64,000 bases of DNA from Eledone cirrhosa (taxonomy: Eukaryota), in NCBI GenBank assembly GCA_964016885.1, contig OZ024740.1:335482001-335546000 (forward strand), written 5' to 3'. Each line of letters opens with the position of its first letter. The first letter of the stretch is position 1. Position numbers and translations under genes: made by a program. The notes beneath the pieces are model-generated. The model was given only the letters and a program-made list of their open reading frames with translations. It made no database searches and was not told where the DNA came from. This document shows, in pieces, positions 1 to 14,930 of the stretch.

Positions 1-28
1 CTCCCTATTACCTTCCATGTCCTTATAG

Positions 29-480
29 TAATCATCATCATCACCATCATCATCAGCAGCAGCAGCGGCGGCGGTATCATGATCATCATCATCGTCGTCG
101 TCGTCATCACCATCACCAGCAGCAGCAGCATTACCCTCGTTATTACCTTCAATATCCTTGTCGTAATCATCACCATCGTCATCATGATCATCATAATCAT
201 CAGTAGCAGTAGCAGCAGCAGTAGCAGAAGCAGCGGCATTACTCGTCATTACCTTCAATGTCATTATTGTAATCATCACCATCATCATCATCATCATCAT
301 AATCATCATCATCATCATCACCATCAACATAATCATCATCAGCAGCAGCATTACCCTCGTTATTACCTTCAATATCCTTTCCGTAATCATCACCATCATT
401 ATCATCATTATCAGTAGCAGCATTACCTTTCTCATTACTTTCAATATCATTATCGTAATCACCATCATCATCATCATTAT
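29..480. repeat. Degenerate (ATC)n/(AGC)n trinucleotide low-complexity region
   Basis: Runs of catcatcat and agcagcagc. The His/Ile/Ser-rich ORF here is a translation artefact. Confidence 0.9.
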
Positions 481-481
481 C

Positions 482-670
482 ATCACTTTCATGACTACCA
501 CCACCATCCCCATCATTGTATCACTTTCATGACTACCACCACCACCCCCATCATTGTATCACTTTCATGACTACCACCACCACCCCCATCATTGTATCAC
601 TTTCATGACTACCACCACCACCCCCATCATTGTATCACTTTCATGACTACCACCACCATTCCCATCATTG
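482..670. repeat. 38-bp minisatellite, ~5 copies
   Basis: tcactttcatgactaccaccacc...catcattgta recurs at 483, 521, 559, 597 and 635. Confidence 0.95.
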
Positions 671-3600
671 TTATTATCCCCTTCATTGTGTCATCATCAT
701 TCCCATCGTCATCGTTCCCATCGTAATCATGATTATTTTACCACCTTTACCATGATTATAATCATCATAATTAGCATTGTCGTCATCATGCTTGTCACCA
801 CAATTGTATCGTTATCGTCGTCGTCAATATCCTCATACTTTAATAATTTTTGTTACCAAATTATTTTGGATGTCTAAAGTTGATTTATGTGACCTTTGTA
901 GTAAAGTAGCGGAAGATGAAAATGTTGTGTGTGATTTACCAGAAATGAAAATATCAAAGACGTGTATCAGTGGCTTGTGTCGCCATGTAGGCCTGTGTCA
1001 CCAGATAGGCCTTAACAAGTGCTAATGTTAGCTATTATTGTTCTCTCCATCAATTGGCATTGATGGTGAGCGGAAAAGAAGAAAAAGGAAATGGCGGTCC
1101 TGGTGATAATGAGATAATACAGAAGGTGAAAGTCTTTCTACAAATAACATCTCACATGACAGCGCACCATGGATGCAGTTGTAATTGCAGCAATAACTAC
1201 AGCATTAATTGCATCAGTAGATGCAAGAAGATCAACAATAATACAATGTCCATCGCTGCAGCTGCTGCAACGGCGTTAAGTAGAAAAATATGAAGCGAAA
1301 GCAGGTGCAATACAGAAACGCTAGTAAAAGAAATGAAGATCAGTAATTAGAATGCCATAAAAACAGCCTCAGTAGTAGCATAAATAACAGCCACAACTAC
1401 AGTAACAGCAACAATAACATCAGCAAAACAATTACAGCACCAGCTACAGTATACCAACAGCAGTTATAAGACTGCCACAACCTCTGGAAACTACTAGAGA
1501 GTCACTATTTGGTTCTTCTAGCAACAAGATATAGAAACAAAATATCCCCGGAAAGGCGCCCATCTGTATTTAACAAAAATAAATGAAGGTCATGACTTTT
1601 GATCATAAGTCTATTTAATATGAGATGAACAGTGACTAAGGAACAACAACAATAACAACTAACAATAAAAACAACTACAACAACAAGAGTAATATAATTA
1701 ATAGCTACAATGACTGCAGCAAAGGTGACTAAAGCTTCCGCAATAACGTCTGCAACAACAACAACAAAAGCCACAGAAACAATTGTAACCGCGACAGCTT
1801 CATCAACAAAGGAAGTATCAATAAGGATGAGAATGGCAATACAATAATTGTGACAACTCCGCGATTTTGGTTTAATATTCGTCAATATAGTGCAATGAAT
1901 TGGCGGTCGTGAAGTTAACATTTATCTGATCTGAGCAGAGAATTTATTTCCATCTGTTCTAGACGTAAGCAAGTAGAATACTGTGCTTTGTCAAAAAATC
2001 TCTAGACCAGGGCTTTAAATAGTAAGATTTGTGCGACAAGGTACCCTCTAAGTGATTGCTCGATTAACTAGAAATTGTAATCACATCTTCAAAAATAAAT
2101 TTATTACAAGTTCAGTAATATTGTCTGATGATCATTATCCATGAAAGAGTAGACGGGGTAGTCACAGCTGCAGTGTTTTCCATCATTTATCTTCTCCGGC
2201 CAGAGCTGAGTAAGTATAAAGAACAACCTTATAAATGGGTAAACAAATGCAGCTTAGATCTCTTAAAAGCTTTTGTTTTACTAAAAGATGAACTGACGAA
2301 AACCCAATATAAACTTTGAGAAATCCACTTAAAACTATGAATAGTTGATGTGATGGATTCCCATGTAAGAACATCAACATGCATATGAAACGCAACGGTA
2401 AGCAGATAAGAAACATTTTCATGCCATATTAAAAGGAATTATATAACTGAAGGTTTTAGGAGATGTCGACTTTGCATGGCAGTATTTAATGAGAACATTG
2501 ATAAGGACAGATTTCATGAGTTGAGAAATTTAGCTGCAAATATCTGAATATAATACCTTCTCAAATATATCTAGAAGTGAACACTGAATGTTGGGATTTT
2601 GATACAGTCTTTGATATTAATTTGTCTCAGTTTAATCGAGATGTCCTATAACACCCAATAAATCTTCAAAGAAATCAATATATCCAGCAAGCTGTTCTAG
2701 GTTTATCTACGTTGTGGGTGACTCTTGTGACAATGTGACTATATACACATCATCATAGCTTGAATGTTCTCTTCAGTAGGGCGGTGCTATTGTTGCTCAT
2801 ACATACATCGTAGATCACATCAAACGAAAAAAAATCACTCATTGGCATAAAGTTAATCATAGACACACGCTAGGCTCGAGCCTACTGTCTATTCTCTCTA
2901 CGTCATCTACACTACTGATATTGCTCCCCAGAGCTAGTTGGTCTCACGAAACCTCTCGTTACTCATTTATTCTCCTCTAATCACATATTTTGTGTTCAGT
3001 ACCCAGGCTCTACTCTAACCACTGCTCTAAGTCCTTCTTACCATGCTCATCGTTCCTACGGGAGTTGATTAGCAACCTTTTAAGTAGATCATCAACAACT
3101 TCAGTTTCACCGGCCGAGGAAGTGCTGTCATGTCAAAGACACATTGGAAAAAATGTTGCTGGATTCCATACACATGGCAAACTGTTTGGATGATCAAGGA
3201 TTGAATGCATTTGATCATAGTTCTGCTCATTCGGAGCTGATTTCGGATGAAAGTACTAGAATATTCTGTTGAGGTTGTTAGACGTAGAGGTGCAGGTATG
3301 TTGCAATCAAAAGGATTATGGATTCGGCCCCACTGCACGACATTTTCAGAATATGTATTCTATTATACACTCTGGTTTACTAATGCGTTCTGAGTTATAT
3401 TTGGCAGGCATTAACAGTGCAGAATTCTACCTTATGATCCCATCACCCGACACGTCTTCTCAAATGCACCCCTCCCGACCTTCAAATGTGCCTACTACCC
3501 AAGTAGGCTTTGGTTAACAGCTTATTCTCTTCACTTTCACTCCACTCGGACAGACATTTGATACCCATTTCGTTATGTTTCCTTATCCTTCTTCCATTAT

Positions 3601-4319
3601 TTTCTTATTCTTTAAAAGAAAGACATAGCCTGGTCTGTCATAACTCCCTTTTACACCTATCCAAACACCATTCGAATTATGTCTTTCGTTTCCTATGTCT
3701 ATATATATATATGTGTGTGTTGGTGTTTGTGTGTATATGTGTGTTCGCGTGTGATTCTGTGTGCGCCCGTGTATGTATTTCTGTCCGTGTCTGTGTTTAT
3801 GCCTCCTATTTGTAAATGTCCCTTTACCTAGCGGTTCGACAAAAAGAAATGGATAAGATAAGTAGCTTATTTCAAAAGTAAAAGTATGTAAGATGGTCAA
3901 CACGATCGTTTGAAATTCCTTCAAGGCTTTGCCTGAGAATGACAGCGGTCTAATGACTGAAAACATTAAAAATATAGACAATAAAAAAATTAAAAGTGTA
4001 GTATCTAGGACCAGATTATGAAAAAAATTTGCTTTTATAATGAGGTAGATGTGCTGCTACTTCGAAAAGGTCGAACGACCCACATACAGGGTCTCTCGTT
4101 ATAGCAGTGTGATTGTTGTAATCATTACCGTTGTTATCATTTCTGTTGTAGCAGCTGCTGTTCTGATTTATAGCCCGAAGGCAAAATGTTCCCTAATTCA
4201 TTATATAATAATATTCAATTGGTAATTATTGTTTCTGCCACCACGACATTCCCAATTTATCACTTTCCATTTCCTTCCTAATGTCACTATACTGCCTTTT
4301 CATTCTTCTACACCTCCTC

Positions 4320-4331
4320 ATCATCATCTTT

Positions 4332-4362
<31 letters not shown>

Positions 4363-4376
4363 AAACGTTCTTGTTT

Positions 4377-4412
<36 letters not shown>

Positions 4413-4536
4413 ACACTACTAACACTACTATTACTGCTATTCTACAACTAATACAACTACTTCTACTACTATACTAACGCTAACACCACTACGACTTCTA
4501 CTAATACTCACACTAACGCTACTACTACTACTACTA

Positions 4537-4569
<33 letters not shown>

Positions 4570-4645
4570 TTACTACTACTACTACTACTATTATCATACT
4601 ACAAATATTACGACGTATACTACAAATACTAACACTAACGCTAAT
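4320..4645. repeat. (TTC)n and (CTA)n microsatellites
   Basis: Directly visible ttcttcttc and ctactacta runs. Confidence 0.95.
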
Positions 4646-4649
4646 CCAA

Positions 4650-5962
4650 TTCATTTATTGGCCACAAGAGCCGATATATAGGGAACAATACAAAAGAGTG
4701 GGACTGAGATTTTACAGAAAAATCGAGTAAACAGTATGAATAACAACAACAAAGCAACAAGAAAATTACAAGAAAAAAATTCCCCAAGAGGGGGGATGAC
4801 CACCCAGGGTTCGCTCAGGTACCCCACCAATCCTGAACCCTGGAAGGGCACCCCTCTCCTCCTCAAATTTACCTACCTACAGCTGCATGACCAGATTAGG
4901 CCCACTCACACGGGCCATTCTCGCCACATTCACCCACCTTTCAGCAAATGTACTGGGGGGCAGCATTTCTCTGTCCACCCTCACCTTCCTTTCCAAGTGA
5001 AACTTGAAAAAGTTGATGAGGGATTGGCCGAAGAGAAAAGTGTCTGTCTTCAGTCCTTTCAACCTCGTCCACCATACAACCTCTTTCGCTACTGCCACCA
5101 GACAGAGGAAAATTGCCTGCCCTTCCTGGCCAAAATAAGGCGGCGGGTCGATCTTCACTATGGACTCGGCCGATAGCCGGATCCGTTCTACACGCGACAA
5201 CAGCTGTTCAACATAACTCCACAAGTCAGTAATGCACGGACACTAGACGAGTGCGTGCAGAACGGTTTCGTCGCTCTGCGCGCATCTCGGGCAGGTCCGT
5301 CTGACAGCACTTCCGTGCCTGTAGAGTTTATCTCGAACCGGCAGTGCCCCCCGGTAGCACTGCCAAGCGAGGGAATTTTGGAAATTATTCATTGTCCTCG
5401 GATCGAAAGTCCTCCGGAACACACTGGTTAGTTCGACATTGTCGACTCCAAGAGCCTCTCCGAGTGCGTCGTCGCACTTGTCCACCACTAATCCTCTATA
5501 GAACTCGAGAGTGGAAGTTCTACTGACCGCAACATTCCAGATGCCAGTCACCCAGTCTCGGTCTCTTCTTGGCCCAGGACTACAGCTCAGTCAAAGAGAC
5601 GAGCTGCGGAAAGGCAAACGGTGACCACACCTGTTCACCGTTTAGGCAGAATATCTGTAGATGCCGCAATCTCAGCGCGTGTCTGCGCATCATTAGCCAC
5701 GGCATGCCCAGCCCTCCACGTAGAGGGTGCTGGCAGCAGATGGACCGCCACACCAACGGAACCTGACCCCATCCACAAGAATTTGAAGAGGGCAAGGGGC
5801 AAGGGCAAGAGGCGACGGCAGCCGGTAGTAGATGCCGGACGCGATGTTCGCGTTCGCCACGTCCACCTGACCTTTCAGTGATAGCTTTCTCGCATCCCAT
5901 TTCTGCGTGAGACTTGCTACCCTGCCCGTCACCTCGTCCCAATTCTTATCCAGCTGGAGGTC
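4650..5962 (-). mobile_element. 5'-truncated, decayed Tx1/L1-clade LINE (ORF2 C-terminus and 3' UTR), divergent subfamily
   Basis: Minus-strand peptides (RSICCQHPLRGGLGMPWLMMRRHALRLRHL; SLAWQCYRGALPVR; CPRC..DETVLHALV; ERWVNVARMARVSGP) align to ORF2 at 48425-51862. Frameshifts and stops are present, and the 3' end reads gtggccaataaatgaa. Confidence 0.92.
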
Positions 5963-7296
5963 TAGAAGAAACTGCACATCTAGAAGAAACTGCACTGCCA
6001 CAAACACACCCACTACAAAAATACAATCACCAAAATACCTCCAGCACCACCAACATACTTCTACAGCTAAATCGTCACGGGTCACTAAAAAGGTATTTGG
6101 AGCCCAGAAGAGTATATGTAGTTAATCATTTACCCGACGGAAAAAATGCAGTCAAATCACTCTTAAATCGCATCATTCAACCCTCAAAAACTGGAAAAAC
6201 GCATTGGAATATACAGTTTAATAAACGATGTTTGGGGAAAAATACGGGATGCTCATTGCTGGAACGTTTGAGGAAAGATGGCCTAGGTTCATAGATACCT
6301 ACCAAAGATCTTAAATGTTAGCTTTTCTTATTTTTGTTTTAGCTTCAACTAACGATTCTTTCCCCCAACTCGGGGTGCCTTTCTTCTCCCGGGCTATTAA
6401 ACATAGAAAACGAAAACATTATTTCATTTTAAGAATCGAAACATAATTTAAAGAGCTAAAGGCGATATTCAAAACATTATTTACACTTATTTTCTCTTAT
6501 TTCGAGCTTTCCAAAGTGTGTCACCGATACATATGTCACGAAATTGAATGAAATCTGATCAATTTTTATCGGTATTTCGCTGGGAAGTATATTTGAAGTC
6601 TGAAAACCTTGCGTACAATTAGACACATCACTGGTGACATAACATTTCTTTTTATTAACTACTTCGGTTACGTCTTGCTAACAGCACTTAATTAATGTGC
6701 ACCGAATTTTGTTTTTTATTTTAACATGTGACGCCAATATTGTGAGTTTGTAATGATCTGCTTTAGTCTCAATGAAACCATCTAAAACATTAAACTTGCA
6801 ATGTTTCTACTGCTTAGAACGGATTATCTGCTTCATTTGAACATAGAATATAAAAGCTAACAGAATAGTCATAGTTGACAATGCTGTTATGTGCACCATC
6901 ACAGGACCGATTTACATATAAGTGGAATGAGTCACTAGGGAGTTAAGGACCTAGAAAATGAACACGAAGCATCGAACATCTGACCAACAGCCTGACATTT
7001 TATTCATATAGCCAACTGCCAATCATATTGGACTATGTAATGTATTATATCCCGTGCTTCACGCAATATATTCACAAATTGTAATAAACTCATGTTATAC
7101 ACGCAGAGCCACTTATATAAAAATTCAATATAGATAAATGGATATGTCTACTCACGCACACGAATAGATAGATAGACTGATAGACAGATTGATAAATATA
7201 AGGATAAATAAATATATAGAGAGCGCGGGGGAGATGGAGAGAAAGAGATAGAGTGATAGATAGACAGAAACAGTTAGATAGATAGATAAATAGATA

Positions 7297-8233
7297 TGTT
7301 TCTTTTATTTGCCACCAGGGCATCAAAAGAGGGACAATTACAATGGGGGGGGGGGGAGTTTACAAAACAAGGCGTCCTCAATAAGGAGGAGGCAATAACA
7401 AAATATAAAAATAAAATAAAATATAACAGAATAAAATATATAACAAATTCCTTAATAGAGAGGAGGCACCTTGGGGGGTCGCATACACTCTTTTCCTCGG
7501 GAGCACAGAGAAGGGGTGCTCCCTTGGTCTTTCATCTTCTTCATCTATAGTCTGATGTAGAGTGAAGGCCCATTCACACGGGCCATTCTCGCCACTTTCA
7601 CCCATCTTTCATAAAAATGGCTGGGGTGCAGCACCTCTCTCTCCATCCTGATCCTTCTTCCGAAATGATATCGGAAGAAACGGACCAGTTGTTGGCCAGA
7701 GAGAAAGGTGTCTGACCTCAGTCCTTTCAGACGCGTCCACCATACAACCTCTTTCGCCATGGCTATTACGCACAAAAACACCGCCTCTCCTTCGTTTTTG
7801 AAGAAGGGAGGCGGCTTGATCGTTACAATAGACTCGGTGGTCAACCGGATCGGTCCCACCCTTGACAGCAGTTGTTCGACATAGCCCCACAGATCAGCAA
7901 TGCCCGAGCAGTGTACCAATGCGTGTGCAACGGTTTCCTCGTCGCACACGCATCTGGGACAGATCTTTTTCGAGGGGTGCCTACCCGGGCGCCCGTGTCT
8001 GTAGAGCCTTTCTCGAACGGGCAGAGCCCTTCTGTAGCACTGCCAGGCCAGGGACCTCTGGAAGTTATCCATGGGTCCCGGGCTGAATGTCCTACCGAAC
8101 AGGTTGGCCAGTTCGTCTTCCTCCATGCCTAGGGCTTCTCCGAGGGCGTCGTCGCACCTGCTAACCACCAGCCCTCTATAGAATGACAAGGTGGATTCTT
8201 CACTGACAGTCCGGTCCGCCTGCCAGAGAGCCG
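7297..8233 (-). mobile_element. 5'-truncated Tx1/L1-clade LINE inserted in a (GATA)n tract with a 10-bp TSD
   Basis: ORF 7545-8189 is nearly identical to the C-terminal ~214 aa of ORF2 at 48425-51862 and has the same 3' end (gcaaataaaagaaaca). taaatagata is present at both 7287-7296 and 8234-8243. Confidence 0.95.
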
Positions 8234-8462
<229 letters not shown>

Positions 8463-10653
8463 ACCTATGTTTATGCATTAAATTCATGAATGCTCAATTC
8501 CTATATTCCATTCTAAAGGCTTTGGTTATGTTTTCTCGCTATTGCCTCTGTATATCAGATTTGGAGGTTATGTATTGACTTCTGGCAGGATATTAGGAGA
8601 AATTCTATTATTAATCTTTGATTTCCACTACCAACAAAAACCAATGACAATATGGAACCATAACCTCATCTGAATCAAACAAGCGCTAGAATAAATACGA
8701 ATATTCAAACTAAGATATGAAGTGAGGGACTTACAAATATTGAAATTCCATAACAATAGGGAATTCGTAATTCAATAACCGTAACATCAAATATGAGAAA
8801 TAGTTACTTTGAAATACAAGAAATTGAAAGTTATTTAGTTTTCAGTTTACACCGAACTTTGTATTCAATTTATCACAATATCTGTATGTAAATAATATGT
8901 CGGAGCATAATTCAAATATTATTTGCGTTGACATTGGTGTGGGTCTTCCTACAAGCATTATGATTGCAAGGTTGCTATTGTAATGCAATATACCTCAAAC
9001 TTGATTATTTTATCTCAGACCTTATTAGTGTACATCATATCAGACAGGGCGACGAGAGAACCTTTACTCTGTCGTTTCATCTGCTTGAAATACCAGGAAA
9101 TCTAATAAGTAAATGGTGTTGCCCCTACAAGATGCAAAGGAGAAAACACTCCAATATTATCGCATAAATCTGTTGAAAACATGCTGATAAATTATAATAC
9201 TAAGTACTATATTATACAATACACAGCTTACAACACCAATATTACACAATTATTAGAAACAAATTTATGTTGTAGCTATAGCCATTCCGTGCGAAAACAA
9301 AAATCCATTAATATGAAGGATATCGTATACAATCTACAAGTTATTTACATTAATTCTTCTGATAAGTATAAGCCATGATTTGAAACAAGATATCTGTCCA
9401 CACGAGCAGAAACTGTATAAAACATTGACTTAATGTTGCAATAATAAAACGAAAACCTTTACAACATAAAAAAGGAAAGATGTAAGCTGTGAAGATGTTA
9501 ACTGAAGGAACTCGTAATAGCATGAGTTGATTATCGTTATTCAAGAACCATTATACACGAGCATGCTGGATAAACAAGTATATCAAGCATCTCATGAAAT
9601 AAGAGAAATAATCACTTCCATTCATACAGACGATGGGACTATAAAAACCATTGAAATCCATATTTAACTCGGGAATATTGGATTTAAAAAAAGCATATTC
9701 TTTTCACCTAAACTGAATGCCAAAAATATTCTTAAATAATATAGATAGATCCTCTATATGGTAACTTGATCTGCTAGAAATAACAAATCAAATCTCGCTC
9801 AAATCACAGCCAACTATCTTTTAAAAATTGAGAGTTTGCAAATTAGATTACGTTATCTGATATAAATTATGTCGGATAAAATATGGAACGGTCACGGCCA
9901 GAATGTATTTGGACATCGGATTGCTCGATCAAGATTGATTAGCATCGAATCAACAAGAGTGATTATTACGCTGCGCCTGGAAAGTGGATACGAATGCATG
10001 TGCTACAGGAGGATAATAATATATTTCTTGTCTTTTAGTGATTCCAGAGTCTGGAATTATTTTTGCATTAGGTAGACTGTTGCTATATTTTGGCAAATCC
10101 TAACGGGTCAATAAAAAGATGCCAGCGCCATCATGAATATATCTAATTAGATTAAGAAGCCGGATTGCGAGAATTAGACCGAAGACATAGTCGCGTATAA
10201 TTAGATATCAACAACCTACATGGAAATAAAACATGAAAATAAGATTTCTCGATTATATTCGATTAAATTAGCCCAATGTAAAAATAAAACATATTTTAAT
10301 AACTATTAGACATCTATAGATAAGACTGTTTACTATGAAATACTTGTCAGTTGTTAAAAGACGGTAACTGAACTAGTTTGGTCATGTATCAAGATAGCAT
10401 GACACCCTAAACCGAAGTAAGATAGTTATAGCAAAATAACAATAAAGGAATGAGCGAAGAGGGGGACGATGGAATATAAGGTTTGGATGATCACCAGAAG
10501 AAATGAAGGAGATTATGTCCCTTTCTATGCAACTACAGCAGAGGCTTTCAAAGTGGGCACTACCGCCCCCGGAAGGTCCAGGGAGTTGTAAGGAAGGGGT
10601 AGAGATGGTATAATAGTATATTAGATATCAAATGATACATGTTATATATAATT

Positions 10654-11528
10654 CTTGTTACAAGCTGACCACGTTTGGGCCTTTCTGGTGACAAAATCCT
10701 TCTCTGAGTCCACAGCCGTTGATTGCTTTGATGTTGTTGCCTGTCCAGTTTGATATGTACTTTACCCTCGGTAAGTTGAAGGCCAGCGAGGGCAGCTGCT
10801 TCCTGGAGAGATGTCAAAAGTTGTTGCGCATTTTCTAGGCAATCTGCAAGAAGTGCAATATCATTGGCAAAGTCGAGGTCAGTGAGATGTTTAGAGGAGT
10901 GCCTAAAGCTCATGCGGGGTTTGATGGTTATACATTTGTTATTGATTTTGTCAATTGAGAGTCTCAGGGTGTAGTCCAGTGCAATGATAACGAGGAATGG
11001 GGCAAGAGTGTCACCTTGCAGCACTCCTGCTGAGATATCAAAGAACTCTGTTGGGCCATCGGGGGTGATCGAGTTTGGAGCTCAAATCTTTCCAACCGCA
11101 CCAAAATTAGACTCTTCCAAGTAACAATTCAACCAATCTTGTTATATGGAAGTGAAACATGGACGCTTTCATCCTAACAACAAAAGCGCTTTCATGGCAC
11201 CTACATTTGCCTACTTTGACGCATTCAGATCATAAGCTGTTGACATCTGACTTTGAAAGCAATATATGCCGGCCTCCCACGCATATCTGTCGTTGTACGT
11301 AAATGGAGAGTAAGATATGCTGGTCACTGAAATCGTTCCACCTATGAGGCCGTCTCCCCATTAGTGCTTTGGAAACAACAAGCAGTCACTAGTAACAGGG
11401 CGTGCAAGCACTCCTAATTCGATGTCATCTCCAGAGATTCTGGTATTAAAATACAGAATTTGGCAACGACAGACCCACGTGGAGATCAATTGTTGAGTCA
11501 ATTTCGGCTGAGGCCGCCAGATGAAGAT
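10654..11528 (+). mobile_element. RTE/RTE-X-like LINE fragment with 5' inversion
   Basis: 10654-11070 on the minus strand encodes ITPDGPTEFFDISAGVLQGDTLAPFL..DLDFANDIALLAD..TWSACNK. From 11067 the plus strand encodes DRVWSSNLSNRTKIRLFQ..LLYGSETWTL and a decayed C-terminus. Confidence 0.85.
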
Positions 11529-12831
11529 AAATATAGTAAAATAAAGAATATATATCTATTCTTACATGGTACATATTATATTATTTATTATATATAAATT
11601 AAGGATTTTATTTATTATATATTATTTACAATTTACGTGTAGGCATGTCTCTCTGGAAATAGAGTTGATCGGGGCGATGAGGGTGTTATCTGACCCTGAT
11701 GTGGGTGGTGCCCAAAACGTTTGAGAACCTTTGAACTACAGCGTTGCTCAGCCATGGGATTTGATTGGTTGATAAATAAAATTAAAGACAGCCGCTTTGG
11801 ATTTCGACCTCATACCATAGGGTTATGAATCTTAATGTCGCTAAACCTTTCATCCAGAACGCTAAAAGTGTTTTCAAACTACCACTTTGCAACAATAAGT
11901 ATAAATATAGTTTCTGATGTTAATGTTATTGCTGTTGTTCTAGGTGTTATTTGTATTGCAATTACTATTGTAATCATCGTCATTATTGTTATTAATACTA
12001 ATGATAATTTTGTTTATTATTATCGTTATCATTATCTTCCCCCTTTTCCTCACCAACATCGTCATATCCATCACCATCCTCATCATCAATGTTACACAGT
12101 AATTTGTCGTTGCAATTTCGCCTCACTATTTCGAGTGTGTCTCAAGACGAAGATGTTGCTAATTTAGTGAGTCTATCTCTAGGCAGACAAATCGATATAA
12201 ACAACGAACACGACAAAAGCAACAGCACCATAAAACAATACAAAAAATGTCACTAGAAGGTCTTACACTCTTCAATAATAAACGCTACATCAACATCAAA
12301 TGAAAAACAAAATGTCTCTTTAAATAATTTTATCTTTAATTCTTTTTCTACACATAGTTTATATAATGTTTTTTAAGAATGAAATATTCACGGATAATTT
12401 TAAGGATAATGATTTCCTAAAATATATTTAATCATCTGCTCTATGTTGTTTACCGTGTTGTTTTATCTTAAGTAGAATACGTAAAGAAATATTGAAATGC
12501 CTACTGGGAAATAATTAAGATTAAGAATGTTGTCAAAAAAAATATGGTTGGTTCTTTTGGCGGAATATCATAACAAGATGCTTTAAGCAGGCAAGGAAAT
12601 AAAGTAAATTAAAGGTTTTATCTAGAAATATGTGATTTTAGATCACATATATTTTGTAGTCTGTATTGATTTCTAATTTTGACAAAAAAAAAAAATCCAT
12701 CAATTATCAGGGAAAGAGTATAGTCGATTGAATTAACTCCAGCATACCAAGTGTATTTCAAACCTGGAGAGACGGAAGGCAAAGTAAACTTGGCTGGATT
12801 TGAACTCAGAATGTAAGAAAAAGCAGCTAAT

Positions 12832-13012
12832 AATTGTCTCTACTTTTGGCACAAGGCCAGCAATTATCTTAGTGCATTACAGGTACTTTATTTTATCGAG
12901 CTCATAAGGATGAAAGGCAAAGCTAACCTTGGCGGGATTTGAACTCAGAATGTGAAAGGCCGTAACTCTATGCTGCAAAGCATAGCGTCCGACCTTCTAC
13001 CGATACTGCCAA
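12832..13012 (-). mobile_element. tRNA-derived SINE (major ~190-bp family); an older degraded copy lies at ~12720-12815
   Basis: Shares ttggcagtatcggtaga (A-box-like), gagttcaaatccc (B-box), the gcctttcatcctt..tcgataaaataaagtacc core and the gctggccttgtgcc..tagaaacaatt tail with other copies. Confidence 0.9.
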
Positions 13013-14811
13013 ATGCAATATATTTAGACTAGCAATTTACATATTCACTACTCACCCATCTCATCTCTGCAGCATAAATTAACTTCTTTATGAGTCGGTT
13101 TATAAATACAGTTGATTGTATTGATTGCGCTACGTCAGAGATATTTATTTTTTGATGCACAGATGGAGGATATCGAAAGGTGACAAGAGGAATTGATCTC
13201 AAATACAATTTGTACAGCTTAGCATCTAAAACACATATAATCTCCCCTCTCCGTCTCTCTCTCTCCCTCTCACATATACATATATTTTCTAGTTTTCTAG
13301 TCCCTCGTGGAATTCGTAATGCTATAATTCTACTGCATATGTATATAAACGTATGTGTGTTTATATATAAAGAGAGAGGAAGACAGAATGAGGAATTTAA
13401 TGCGCAAACGCACATAGAAACAGGTAAACACTAACTGCACGAGTACTCAATACGTATAGGCACAGTTTGTGTTTTATTTCTATAACATGAGACAGTGGGT
13501 TCGAAGTTTTGGCTTTTAAATATCATCTTCAATTTGCGAATATTTATAGTCAGAAACTCTAGATATAAGGTAGACATTTTTCGTAAAGTACAAGTTTAGC
13601 CCCGCCGTATATGTTTTATCCCTCCATTGACAAAAAATGGAATCGATCTAAGCAGTGTTCGACTTATAGCTATTGGTATACAAGCTACAACGCTGCTAAA
13701 CTAGTTCCTCTAACTTAAATAACAGTGTATGCATTTTGAATGTGGATTAATTAATACATTTATAGTACACTACTGTATTTTTATAAATATTTCAAGTATG
13801 AATCGAACGAATCCCACACATCCAATATTTTTAATTAATTGAATCATTCTTTTTAGCAAGGAAAAATAAATTATATCCTAGCAGCAGTTGTTAACTATTC
13901 TTAAAGAAGCAGAGATGTAATTTCAAGAAACCGAGAATTACCCTCTCAGAATTTATTTTTATGCTTAGGGTAGAGTAGGCTTGTAGATAAGAAATATCTA
14001 TTCACATATTCCGGTCTATTAGACTTCAACGGCGAGAAATACTCTGTTCAAGCCTGCTTGAGAGGTTGTTACAATATTTACATATAGAAGAACTGTTACG
14101 AATAATTATGTGTGATGAAATATTAAAATAAAGAAAAATATTTAACTGGGACAAAATTTGCATAAATTAGTTAAGGTGTGATGTACTGGGAACACACGTA
14201 CATGCGATGGTGTTATACAAACGTACTTATCTTCAGGGTAAAAGTAATCATATTCGCATTATCTTCTTTAAAAATTACAGGCGTTGTGTTATCAGATATT
14301 GACTACAGCAGACGTATTATTGAAACCAGACACGATACAAAGCAACAGTAATGGTCATTTTCTTTCAGGGTTTCGTGAAGATGAACTTGAGCGTTATGAG
14401 TTCTGTTGACTTCGCTGTGAGACCTCGTTCTATAAGGTTTCTGATAACTGGCGGACGGTGTTTCTTAAAGTAATTTTGAATGTTCATTTTGTTTTTTGTT
14501 TTTGTTTTTGTTTTTGTTTTTGTTTTTGTTTTTGTTTTGTTCATTTGTGGAATTTTTTAATATAAAATACCGTTAGGGAACTAAAATGTTAACCAAGTAC
14601 CAAGTGGTTTTAGGGATCCTGGAAAATCTCAAACTCAAATATGATTCATCATCTGGAGGCATACGCACTTGTATCGTATCTATATTACATATATCTCCAG
14701 CATGGCCTCAACCGGATGGCTGGAACAGTTAAAAGAGTAAAAGAGTAACCCTGCTATTGAAAACTCTCACCACTTATATATGTTACACATATTCCTGCTT
14801 TATATATATAT

Positions 14812-14930
14812 GAAGGCGTGTGGCTGAGGGGTTAGAGAATTGGATTCGCAATCGTAACTTGTGAGTTCGATTCCTGGACCAGGCGATGCGTTATGTCCTT
14901 GAGCAAGACACTTTATTTCACGTTGCTCCT
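14812..14930 (+). mobile_element. tRNA-derived SINE 5' portion, second family (related remnant at ~26450-26535)
   Basis: A-box-like gtggctgaggggtt, B-box gagttcgattcc, then gtccttgagcaagacact. Confidence 0.7.

Noticed and set aside
482-670. Regular 38-bp repeat as a CRISPR array
   Set aside because: No unique spacers, eukaryotic context and no cas genes.
79-1921. His/Ile/Ser/Val-rich ORFs
   Set aside because: Translations of trinucleotide low-complexity DNA with no domain signal.
2560-3500. Possible very old LINE RT remnant (GSSL..LYVIYTTDI-like, AFDH-like)
   Set aside because: Too degenerate to call by eye; needs a translated profile search.
5963-6294. Plus-strand 126-aa ORF next to the Tx1 fragment, with a tandem tctagaagaaactgcac duplication
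   Set aside because: No recognisable domain; cannot determine whether it is an inverted ORF1 piece or unrelated DNA.
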